Positions 18,819 to 29,928 of a DNA stretch of 61,016 nt are shown one piece after another (the stretch's first letter is position 1; each line of letters opens with the position of its first letter). Under the pieces are notes generated by a model. The model made no database searches. It worked only from the letters and a program-made list of their open reading frames with translations, and was not told the origin of the DNA. The translations under genes were made by a program, and so were the position numbers. Origin of the DNA: Myxococcales bacterium (GTDB lineage: Bacteria > Myxococcota_A > Polyangia > Polyangiales > JAFGIB01); contig JAPPOR010000087.1 of NCBI GenBank assembly GCA_028817905.1, forward strand, positions 1 through 61,016, given 5' to 3'.

Positions 18819-21061
18819 AAACCGCGACCTACCTCGCGCGTCCGCGGCGTACTCGCAGACCACCCCCCCCTTCGTTTCTGGGGGCGTTTGTCCTGTTGTT
18901 GCTCGGGCCACTATTCGCATGCGACCGTGAGGACAAACCCAAGCATATCCAGGATGCGAAGCCCACCCCGGGGACCCCTGGTCAGCTTGCCCAGGCGGCG
19001 CCCCAAGAAACCGGCGAGCAGCGCGAGGATGTGCCCTCGCCCGACAAGCAAGAGCCCCAGTTCCGCACACCGGACGGTACGTTTCTTTCCAACACGATCA
19101 TCTGGGACGCGTTTCCAATCGACCTGAGCTACTTGAACGACGGTGAGCGGCCTGCAGGTCGTCATGGTCGGGTCCAGATTCGCGGTGACCAGTTGGTGTT
19201 CGAGGACGGTCGTCCAGCGCGCTTCTGGGGGACGAACATCTGGGGTCCAGCCCTGTTTTCCTCCGATTCTGTGGCCGTGGATAGGCAGGTGGCCCGCCTT
19301 TCCGCCTTTGGGTTCAATCTGGTGCGGCTCCACCATCATGACGCGTTCTGGGCCGATCCAAACGTCTTCGAACGGGACGGAACTACCCAGAAGCTGAGCG
19401 AAACAGCCCTCCGGCGCCTCGACTACTGGGTGTGCAAACTCAAGGCGGCGGGCATCTACATCTGGCTAGACCTGCACGTTGAACGGCACTTCGAAGAGGG
19501 CGATCGGGTGCCGGGCTTCGAGGAGCTCAAACGACGCGACAACCACGCCAAGGGCTTCAACCATGTGAACCCGCGCATTGAAGCGATGCTGCAGGATTTC
19601 GCAGCCCGATACTTGCGCAGAACGAATCACTGCACGGGCATGAGCTACATCGACGAACCAGCGGTCGTGGCAGTGCTGCTGTCCAACGAGGACGACCTGG
19701 TCTCCCACTACGGCTCTGATCTCACCGGCAATACCAACCCGTACCATCAGCAGCTCTACCGCAAGCTGGCCGACACCTTCGCGGAGCGCCACGGGCTGGA
19801 CCGCGAGGACACGTACGAGCCCTGGAACCCTCGTGGTGGACGGCTCGCGCTGATCGATCTGGAATACGGACTTCTGAAGCGCGGGCGGGAGCACCTGCGC
19901 AGCCTCGGCTACAAGGGCCCCGTCATAGGCACCAGCTACTGGGGCAACGGCCTGTTCGCGAACATGATGTCACTTTCCGCCGGCGACATCGTCGATGTGC
20001 ATGGCTACGGAGAAGAGGGCTTCCTCCACCGCCACCCGGCCCGCAGGCCGCACTTCCTCAGCTGGATCGGCGGCGCGCATCTGCAGGGTCAACCCATGAG
20101 CGTGAGCGAATGGAACGTGCCGTGGCCCGCCCGAGACCGAGCGCTAGCTCCCATGTGGGTGTCCGCGATCGCCTCCCTGCAGGGATGGGATGCCCCCATG
20201 TGGTACGCCTATCAAGGAGCCCCCCTGCAGCCTCCCACGGAGCCACAGCCATGGAACGGGGCCCACGACCCGGCCTCGATGGCCCTGATGCCCAACGCGG
20301 CGCTCTCCTACCGCCGGGGCGACGTGCAGCCCGCCAAGCGTCACTTTGTCGTGGAACTCAAACCAGAAGCACTGTTGTCGGACAAGGGAACGCCAGGCGC
20401 TTCACGCGCCCTAACCACCCTCCTCGAACGAAGCCGGGTCACCGTCTCCCTCCCGGAATTGCCCCAGCTGCCCTGGTATCAGAGGCCCAAACCGCCAGCG
20501 ACGGCGAAGGTAGTCGGGGACTCGAACCAGGCGTTTCTCCCCACCGATGCGCGTGAGATCCGCTCAGACACGGGCGAGATCGTCCGATACATCGACCAGG
20601 GAGTGGTGCAGATCGACACACCCAAGACCCAGGCGCTCCTGGGGCGGATCGGCGGTCCCCAGCCGCGTAGCCTATCCACCCTGGAAGTTCAGACGCGCAC
20701 GCCGATGGCGGCAATCGCATTGAGCAGCCTCGACAACAAGCCACTTCGGCTGGCCGAGCGTATGCTACTGAGCGTGGCGGCCCAGGCCGCCGACGGCCGC
20801 TCGACCGGTGAAACGGGCGCGTCTGCCTTCGTGGCTGAACCGGTTGCTGCACAGGTGCGCCTCCAGAGTCTGGTACATGGCCTGGAACTCGTCCCCCTGA
20901 CGCCCGACGGTCGCGAGCTGACCCCCATCGCCGGCAAGCGCCGCGCCCTGCGCCTACAGTTCACCCTGCCAACCGATCTTGCCACCCACTGGTACCTGAT
21001 CCGGAAGCGCCCCGAAAAGGCACCGGAAGCACCGGAGGAACCGGCACAGAAAGCGAAATGA
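18815..21061 (+). CDS. secreted lipoprotein, clan GH-A (GH5-like) glycoside hydrolase domain protein
   Basis: Lipobox LLGPLFAC. TIM-barrel cellulase-like motifs: FWGTNIW, FNLVRLHHHD, an NE-containing acid/base strand LLSNED, and a nucleophile-like SEWN. The ATGA overlaps the mpl stop. Confidence 0.7.
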   Translation: MKTATYLARPRRTRRPPPPSFLGAFVLLLLGPLFACDREDKPKHIQDAKPTPGTPGQLAQAAPQETGEQREDVPSPDKQEPQFRTPDGTFLSNTIIWDAFPIDLSYLNDGERPAGRHGRVQIRGDQLVFEDGRPARFWGTNIWGPALFSSDSVAVDRQVARLSAFGFNLVRLHHHDAFWADPNVFERDGTTQKLSETALRRLDYWVCKLKAAGIYIWLDLHVERHFEEGDRVPGFEELKRRDNHAKGFNHVNPRIEAMLQDFAARYLRRTNHCTGMSYIDEPAVVAVLLSNEDDLVSHYGSDLTGNTNPYHQQLYRKLADTFAERHGLDREDTYEPWNPRGGRLALIDLEYGLLKRGREHLRSLGYKGPVIGTSYWGNGLFANMMSLSAGDIVDVHGYGEEGFLHRHPARRPHFLSWIGGAHLQGQPMSVSEWNVPWPARDRALAPMWVSAIASLQGWDAPMWYAYQGAPLQPPTEPQPWNGAHDPASMALMPNAALSYRRGDVQPAKRHFVVELKPEALLSDKGTPGASRALTTLLERSRVTVSLPELPQLPWYQRPKPPATAKVVGDSNQAFLPTDAREIRSDTGEIVRYIDQGVVQIDTPKTQALLGRIGGPQPRSLSTLEVQTRTPMAAIALSSLDNKPLRLAERMLLSVAAQAADGRSTGETGASAFVAEPVAAQVRLQSLVHGLELVPLTPDGRELTPIAGKRRALRLQFTLPTDLATHWYLIRKRPEKAPEAPEEPAQKAK

Positions 21062-21149
21062 TTTCTGCATATCGGGACTACCGCAGACGGGCCTTGGCAC
21101 GGCATTATGTACGGCGATACATGCGAAGAACCACGGGGGTGTCCGACCG

Positions 21150-21833
21150 ATGCTGTCGTCGCTAATCCAGGCCCAGCCCGAGCGCTACGAGCGGGCCAAA
21201 AACCAGCTCCGCAGGCTGCTACCCCTGTCCGGACCCACGGTGGCATCGATCACCGGACAGTTGAGCAGCCTCCACCAGAGGTACCTGGAAGACTACGTAT
21301 TCATTCACATTCCCAAGTGCGGCGGCACCAGCGTGGAGCGCGCACTCGGGATCCCCTTCGTGAACCATGACACGGCGCTGGAACGCCGCAGGAAGCTTGG
21401 GCCATCCGTGTGGGACCGACGGTACAAGTTCTCGGTGGTTCGCCATCCTTACGATCGCATCGTCTCGTTGTTCTTCTACTGGTGGAAGCTCGATCATCTG
21501 GACGTGGATCTGATCAACGCGGAGCTTCCGGCGTGGCTCGAGGAGACTGAGGCGCGGCTCGCTCGCGGCAAAGCGCATATCCATCTACAGAGTCAATGGT
21601 GGTGGCTCACCGATGAAGATGGCCGCTTCATTCTCGATGACCTGCTGCGCCTGGAGTCGATCGCCGGCGACTTCGAGCGCGTCAACCAACACCTCGGACG
21701 CAACCTTGTCCTTCCACACGTGAAAAAAAACGCGTTCAAGATCGACTATCGCAACCTGCTAGACGATGCGACCCGCGAACGGATCCGACGGATCCACCAT
21801 GAAGACTTTGAACACCTCGGGTACGAGAAATAG
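21150..21833 (+). CDS. sulfotransferase family 2 protein (carbohydrate sulfotransferase-like)
   Basis: PAPS 5-prime phosphosulfate-binding motif FIHIPKCGGTSVERALG, and VVRHPYDRIVSLF. Confidence 0.8.
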   Translation: MLSSLIQAQPERYERAKNQLRRLLPLSGPTVASITGQLSSLHQRYLEDYVFIHIPKCGGTSVERALGIPFVNHDTALERRRKLGPSVWDRRYKFSVVRHPYDRIVSLFFYWWKLDHLDVDLINAELPAWLEETEARLARGKAHIHLQSQWWWLTDEDGRFILDDLLRLESIAGDFERVNQHLGRNLVLPHVKKNAFKIDYRNLLDDATRERIRRIHHEDFEHLGYEK

Positions 21834-21844
21834 GGTCTGTTCGC

Positions 21845-23239
21845 TTGCCGACAGGAGCCACAAGCCGCCGCACGCTCGCGCTATGGACCGCATCCCTGCT
21901 CGTGGTCACGGCGGGGCTCCTGGCCGTCGCGTCGCAGGATCCAAGCGCCCGGAAAGTCATCGGGCCAAGGAAGCTGCGACCCGAGGCGGGCCTGCTACCG
22001 AGTAAGACCTTTGCAGAACTTGCCGCGGACCCCTTCGGGGTCATCCCTGGCTCGCTCGGCGTTACCTCGGGACTCGGCCTGAACGAGGACGACATGCGGA
22101 TGATCCGCGATGCGGGCATCCGATACATCCGAGTGGGCCTTCGCTGGGAGGGCGAAGTCGAGCAGGTGCGCGGTTCCTACAATTGGCGGAAGTACGACAC
22201 CATGGGCGCGTTGGCCAAGAAGCATGGGCTCAAACCGATCTACCTGCTGGCCTACACCAACGACTTGTACAACACCGACGAGTTCATGATGAACGAACCG
22301 GCCGAGCACCGGGGCTTCGCAGCGTTCGCGGCAGCCGCGGTGAAGCGCTACGACGGTCCAGGGGTGATCTGGGAGGTCGGCAACGAGCAGGACACGGCCA
22401 AGTTCTGGCCCGTGGCGACTCCAAAGAACTCCCCCAAGAGCGCGCGGGAGCGAGCGGTGGCGTACATGCAGATGGCGAAGATCGCCGTGCCGGCCATGCG
22501 CGCGGCCAGTTCCAGGGCTTTGATCATCACCGGTGGGGTCCTGGACACGACCTGGCGTGTCACGCGCGCATGGTTGGACGAGGTCTTCAAACGCGGCGCG
22601 CTCAAACTGTTTGATGGTGTGGGCATCCACGCGTATGGGCGACCGATGTTGCCCGCGGAGCACAAGCTCATCGAAGGCCTCGTCGGACTGCGCAAGTTGA
22701 TCACAAAGTACGGTGGCCGCGCGGACTTTCCGATCTACCAAACCGAAGCCGGAATCGGGATACACAACAACGACACCTCCGGCCCGATGAGCGACCGCCT
22801 GGTGCAACAGGCCCAGGCCAACGTGCGACTCTACCTCATCTCCCAGATGCTCGGCCTGAAGCTCAACGTGTGGTATGAATGGCACGACAAGCGCGGCGCA
22901 GGAGACGAACGCGGACTACTGGCGCCGGACCGAACACCGCGGCCCGTGTACACGGCCGCCTCGGTGCTCGTACGGCAGCTTAGGGGCTACGGCTTTAAGG
23001 CCCGCCTCGACTTGGGCAACCGGGACGACTTTGCCCTGGTCTTCTCCAATGGAAAGCACCGCCGGATGGTCGCCTGGACAGCCGGCGACGCCCATGAGGC
23101 AACGGTCCGGCTTCCGGACTTTCCAAATCGACTCACCGTGACCAGCATGATGGGCACCCCTCGCACGGTAACCAAGAGCGGACCCACCCTGACCGTCCGA
23201 CTCACCGCAAGCCCGATCTACGTTTCAGCTGCGCGATAG
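21845..23239 (+). CDS. clan GH-A glycoside hydrolase (GH39/PslG-like), secreted or membrane-anchored
   Basis: N-terminal hydrophobic anchor. IRYIRVGLRWE, acid/base WEVGNEQD and nucleophile strand IYQTEAGIG. TTG start. Confidence 0.7.
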   Translation: MPTGATSRRTLALWTASLLVVTAGLLAVASQDPSARKVIGPRKLRPEAGLLPSKTFAELAADPFGVIPGSLGVTSGLGLNEDDMRMIRDAGIRYIRVGLRWEGEVEQVRGSYNWRKYDTMGALAKKHGLKPIYLLAYTNDLYNTDEFMMNEPAEHRGFAAFAAAAVKRYDGPGVIWEVGNEQDTAKFWPVATPKNSPKSARERAVAYMQMAKIAVPAMRAASSRALIITGGVLDTTWRVTRAWLDEVFKRGALKLFDGVGIHAYGRPMLPAEHKLIEGLVGLRKLITKYGGRADFPIYQTEAGIGIHNNDTSGPMSDRLVQQAQANVRLYLISQMLGLKLNVWYEWHDKRGAGDERGLLAPDRTPRPVYTAASVLVRQLRGYGFKARLDLGNRDDFALVFSNGKHRRMVAWTAGDAHEATVRLPDFPNRLTVTSMMGTPRTVTKSGPTLTVRLTASPIYVSAAR

Positions 23240-23347
23240 CGAGCAGAACGGCTTGGCACCTAGCCCGTACCCGATCGGCCCACACGCTCTGACCCGGATC
23301 GTTCCGGCCTCGCGACAGCACGAACCGCCGCCCTTCAGGGGCGCGGC

Positions 23348-24856
23348 TCACAGCTTGGCATAGGCGGCGATCAAGGGTCGCCAGCCGCCCAGAGCGGTCA
23401 AGCCAACCGCAAACACCAGCACCCCCCCCACGATCTCTCCAGCAAGCTGGAGCCGAGCGTCCTCAACCGCGGTGTGCAACCAGGGGCGCGACAGCAGGAT
23501 CACCGCGACCATGGCGAGCGCTGCCAGGATCGACGGCATGGCCTGCCGTACGGCACGAGCCCAAGATACGGCTGCGTACCGCGCGTGGGCCCGCACGATG
23601 ACCCACAACGTAGCGAGCTGGGCACTCAGCTGTCCGAGGGCGGTGGGCACCAGGCCGAACGGAGCAAGCATGGACAGCCCGGCGATCGTGGCGATCCCTG
23701 AAAACAGATCGATCATGGGAATTCGCTCGACTTGCCCCGCAAGCGAGAGCAAGGGTGCCGTCATCACCATCTGCGTCGCGATGAAATGGGCCAATGCCAT
23801 GACCACCACCACCGGCGCCGACGGCCGCCACTGCTCGCCTAGCAAGGCCACCACCAATGGCTCTGCGGTAACAGCGACACCGAGAAAAACCGGTGTAGCG
23901 AGCGAAAGCGACAAACCCAAGAAGCGTTCTGCGCTCTCGGCGAGCTCGGCGCGCTCGGGGCTATCCTCCGCCTGTTGCTCCGGTGCCCCTGCGCCCACTT
24001 CCCCCTGACCTGCCCGCCCCGCGTCGACCGGACGTTCTGCCGCCCTCCTTAGCGTCATCCAGCAAACAATGCGGGTCGGCTCCGCTACGATCTCCGCCAC
24101 GGAGCCAGCAACCCGCGCCCCAGCGCGGTACAGCCCCACGGTGGTTGGTCCCAAAAAAAAGCTAACGAGCAGCACCGCGGCATTGCCCTGTAGGTAAGCG
24201 ATGCACTTGGAGCCCAACATGCTCTTGGTGAACTTCACGATCGTTGGCGTGCCCGGGCTAGACAGCCGGATGCCGGGAAACCAGGGGGCCATGGCTACGA
24301 TCATGATCATGGTCACAACCTGTGCCACCAGCTTGCCCGCACCCAACGCAGTCACCCCGAAGTCCAGGACGAGTCCACCGATCGAGATCGATCCACCGAG
24401 CGCCTGTCCCAAGAGCACGGCCTTGGCGAGTGCGTCGGCGCGACGCGTGCGGATCAGCTGACCGGACCAGACCTGGGTTGTACCCATCCCGGCGATCGAA
24501 AGGGCGAGCAGCAGCTGCAGGCCCGCGTACTCAGCATGGTCCGGCATCAGGGAAAGCACAAACGCCCCAACCACCCCGACCAGTGCCAAACCAACACCGC
24601 CCAAGGTCGCTAGAGTGAAGGCCTGGGCGTCGGCTTCCGACTCGCCCTGCCAGGTGGTCGTGAACTCGCGCCAGCCTGCCTCGGCCACCTTGGCCATCAA
24701 CATGTTGATGGCTTGGATCAGGACGTACATACCGAACTGGGCCGGGGTCAAGAAGCGAGCTGCGACGATGAAGACAGCGAACTGCGTTCCCTGGGCGACA
24801 ACCCGCGAGGCCATCGTCCACGTTGCCGCCCGCGCCTCACCTGCGGTATTCGCCAT
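23348..24856 (-). CDS. oligosaccharide/polysaccharide flippase (Wzx-like, MOP superfamily)
   Basis: About 12-14 TM segments. The N-terminus RVVAQGTQFAVFIVAARFLTPAQFGMY is typical of polysaccharide biosynthesis flippases. Confidence 0.8.
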   Translation of the reverse strand: MANTAGEARAATWTMASRVVAQGTQFAVFIVAARFLTPAQFGMYVLIQAINMLMAKVAEAGWREFTTTWQGESEADAQAFTLATLGGVGLALVGVVGAFVLSLMPDHAEYAGLQLLLALSIAGMGTTQVWSGQLIRTRRADALAKAVLLGQALGGSISIGGLVLDFGVTALGAGKLVAQVVTMIMIVAMAPWFPGIRLSSPGTPTIVKFTKSMLGSKCIAYLQGNAAVLLVSFFLGPTTVGLYRAGARVAGSVAEIVAEPTRIVCWMTLRRAAERPVDAGRAGQGEVGAGAPEQQAEDSPERAELAESAERFLGLSLSLATPVFLGVAVTAEPLVVALLGEQWRPSAPVVVVMALAHFIATQMVMTAPLLSLAGQVERIPMIDLFSGIATIAGLSMLAPFGLVPTALGQLSAQLATLWVIVRAHARYAAVSWARAVRQAMPSILAALAMVAVILLSRPWLHTAVEDARLQLAGEIVGGVLVFAVGLTALGGWRPLIAAYAKL

Positions 24857-24876
24857 GACCCGGGTTCAGGGTGCGG

Positions 24877-27336
<2,460 letters not shown>

Positions 27337-27532
27337 TTAAGGGGTCGGCCAAACGTCGTTTCCGACCCTACCGCGTCCCCAGCCCAGGAGCCGACTGAAG
27401 ATACCTTTTCGTACCCCTTCAGGCAACTCTAAACCCCCTAAAATCGGGCCAAAATAGCCCCGTGGCGGCAGGCGTTTGGAGCGCTGCAGCGAGCCGCTCG
27501 AGCCAGCCCTCGGCGGAGTGCAAAGGCGACCG

Positions 27533-29014
27533 TCAGGAAGCCAGGGTGTCGACGGGATCCGGGCCATCTGGGGGCGATACGCAGGGCATCGTGTGCACGC
27601 CGGACTGGACATCTTCGACCAGCGCGTGCGGCCCTATGCCCGGCTGCCACCCGAGCAACTCGGCGACGTACGCGCCATCCACATTGCGAATCACCAGGTG
27701 GCTGCGCGGTGCTGGCGGTCCAGGGTTGTCGACGTCATCACCTGCCCAGAACCCGAGGTTGACGTAGGTCACGCCACTGGCGATGCGCTCGAACCGCGGC
27801 ACGTGCGTATGCCCCATCACCACAAAGCGCGCAGGCAAGAGCCCGGCGATTGCGCGTGCGCCCTGGACCAGCGACGTCCCAGGATCAAATACGGTCGAAC
27901 TCTTCATCCATGCGAATAGCGGAAGCGCGACCGCCAAGGCCACCAGGGGTAGATAGACAAGCGGCACGACGGAGAACCAGGCGAGCACCGCGAGCAACGT
28001 ACCCGTCAATGTGATCGCCGAAAGCCCGTCGAGAAACGTGCTGCGGGTAATGCGAAGAAGGTCACCGGTAACGGGAGCAGCCGCCAGGGAGGCGATCGCC
28101 TTGATCTCCTCCATGCTCAAGCGCAAGCGCTGGGCTATGCGGTGCATCTGACGCTCATGTTCGACCCGGATGGCGCGCGCACGCTCGCCAGTGTGCGCCC
28201 ACCAGGCGAGGAACATCCGCCCAATGGCGCGAAAGAAGCGTGACGCCAGCTGGGCACAACCGACGATCCCCATGGAAAGGGCCATGCGCAAATAGTCGAG
28301 CATCGTGCGGTTCTCATGGCCATCGCTGCTCAGCCCCCGCGTCGGCCGCACGATGTACCGCAGAAGAATATCGGAGAAGGAATAGCTGAGGCGCTCAGGA
28401 TCGTCGGGCGACAGGGGTGCCAGCACATGATGGTAGGCGCACGTCTCGTCGTACTGATGGCCGTGCTCGACGTACAACAGGCTCTCTTCGTAGTAGAACC
28501 AGTGACGAAAGCGCACCCGCTCCTTCACGGTCGACCTATCCAGACGACCGCCAGAATGCTCGACAAGCGCCTTTCGGAACTCCCTGCGCACGGAGGGCCA
28601 GTAGAGCTCCACGTCGTGGTTGCCGCGCACGATCACGACGTGATGACCGTCGGCCACGAACCCGGCTAGCGCCTCGAAGAACCGCGCGTGTCGTCGCACA
28701 ACGGCCCGCATCTTGATGGCAGAGTGGCGCAAGCTTGCGCCCAGGCCGTGGCGGCGCTCCTCGGCCGTAAGGTCCAGGGCGTCGGCCTCGTCCGGTGAAA
28801 TCGACATGCCCACCAGGTCGATCACATCCCCGGCAAGCACCAACTTCCAGGGGCGGTCCGGGTCGGCGCTCGCCCGATAGTGCGCGAGCATGCCCGAAAG
28901 CTCGTCGTCGATCGGCAAGGGTTCCGCCAACCGGTGAGCCGTCCAGGGCGCAGCGTGCTGCACCAGGTCAGCGCCCAAGTGAACGTCCGACAGCATCAGA
29001 TAGTTGAAGCTCAT
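27533..29014 (-). CDS. metallophosphoesterase with an inserted or C-terminal transmembrane region
   Basis: LSDVHLG, GDVIDLVG, RGNHDVE, EHGHQYD and GHTH motifs. Three hydrophobic helices lie between the last two motifs. The start at ATG 29014 follows AAGG; 29035 and 29086 are alternatives. Confidence 0.8.
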   Translation of the reverse strand: MSFNYLMLSDVHLGADLVQHAAPWTAHRLAEPLPIDDELSGMLAHYRASADPDRPWKLVLAGDVIDLVGMSISPDEADALDLTAEERRHGLGASLRHSAIKMRAVVRRHARFFEALAGFVADGHHVVIVRGNHDVELYWPSVRREFRKALVEHSGGRLDRSTVKERVRFRHWFYYEESLLYVEHGHQYDETCAYHHVLAPLSPDDPERLSYSFSDILLRYIVRPTRGLSSDGHENRTMLDYLRMALSMGIVGCAQLASRFFRAIGRMFLAWWAHTGERARAIRVEHERQMHRIAQRLRLSMEEIKAIASLAAAPVTGDLLRITRSTFLDGLSAITLTGTLLAVLAWFSVVPLVYLPLVALAVALPLFAWMKSSTVFDPGTSLVQGARAIAGLLPARFVVMGHTHVPRFERIASGVTYVNLGFWAGDDVDNPGPPAPRSHLVIRNVDGAYVAELLGWQPGIGPHALVEDVQSGVHTMPCVSPPDGPDPVDTLAS

Positions 29015-29446
29015 GGATGCCTTGAGTGGAGTCATGGGTAGGTGCAGGCAGGCTCTAGTCGGACAGTCACGTACAGACCAGCACACGAGGCCACCCGCTG
29101 CAGCGCCCCGGTGTGAGGTTTGCGCCGCGTTCCGCAGCTGCCGGCGCCCAAACCGCGCAAGCCGCGACCGCCGCTTCGCCTACCAAGGTTTAACTCTGCG
29201 GGATCCAAGGGACTTTCGCAATCGCAAATCGGGCAACTGCAGGAGATTTTTGTAGCACGACTGCTCCAACAGCAGGCTCTTGTGCGCCGGTTGGAGCGCC
29301 GTTGGGTAGAAACCGACTTCGCGACGCGTTGGGACGAAGGTAGCTGTTCCCGGCGTCGTCGTCCGTTCAGGGGGAAACGGTCCATCGAGTCGACGGCCGG
29401 AGCCCCGCAGAGGCCCCAAAAGATCGCCCCCTGGTGAGTGAACGCC

Positions 29447-29471
29447 AAAAAAAGCCCACCGGAAGGGGAGC
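29447..29471 (-). terminator. orphan intrinsic terminator (minus strand): GCUCCCCUUCCGGUGGGC followed by U7
   Basis: The plus strand reads AAAAAAA GCCCACC GGAA GGGGAGC. A T7 tail is rare in this GC-rich window. No annotated minus-strand gene lies upstream of it. Confidence 0.5.
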
Positions 29472-29856
29472 CGATCGTCGGCCGTCCTCGAGGCCGTCAG
29501 CATCACTCGAAGCATGAGCGAACTTCCCCCCCAGAGGAGCGATGGCTGGATGCAGATGGCATACGGGAACCAGGCGTCGCGTACCGCTGGGTACGCCAGA
29601 CGGGCATCTGCCACCAGTTGAAGAGTTGCTATGGTTGCGCTGAGTTGCACCCATAGCTGACGGGCGGCTCGGATCCACACGATACCAAACGCAGGGCCTT
29701 CGCTCTGGCGCCCACCTGGTCGCTGACCCCTTCACCTTTTGGTTCGGCCGGCACTGAGAAAGCCTTCGTGGCGTCCCCGAATGGGCACGACCCGACGAAG
29801 TGCCCTGTTTCAATAGGTAAGCGCACCTACACCGCTGGAGCCCGTTTTCTGTTCAC

Positions 29857-29875
29857 GTACGAAACTATTTCGTAC
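29857..29875. promoter_or_regulatory. 19-bp AT-rich perfect dyad GTACGAAA-CTA-TTTCGTAC (candidate metalloregulator/Fur-family-type operator)
   Basis: 8-bp perfect arms, 54 bp upstream of the TonB-dependent receptor ATG. Lies between TTCACG and TACAAA promoter-like hexamers. Confidence 0.45.
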
Positions 29876-29928
29876 AAACTCCCGCACCACAGCACCCTGT
29901 GCACTTCTTGCCTTGGGGAGGGTACTCA

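Noticed and set aside
23260-23330. Possible additional element remnants (CTAGCCCGTACCCGATCGG...CCCGGATCGTTCCGG at 23260-23330; GGGGATCACTCGCCAATGG...CAAGCGAGTCCGC at 5619-5690).
   Set aside because: The similarity is limited to 10-15 nt patches and I cannot align them convincingly by eye. I mention them only as candidates for a computational alignment and have not annotated them as features.
29440-29928. Cobalamin or TPP riboswitch in the long leader of the TonB-dependent receptor.
   Set aside because: A GGGAA and a GCCAG...CTGCC stretch (29565-29612) and a CTGAGA (29753) look superficially similar. But I could not find the B12 box (AGYCMGGAGACCKGCC-like), the GGTG..AA..CC element or the TPP ACCTGATCTGGATAATGCCAGCG core. 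A covariance-model scan would be needed to revive this.
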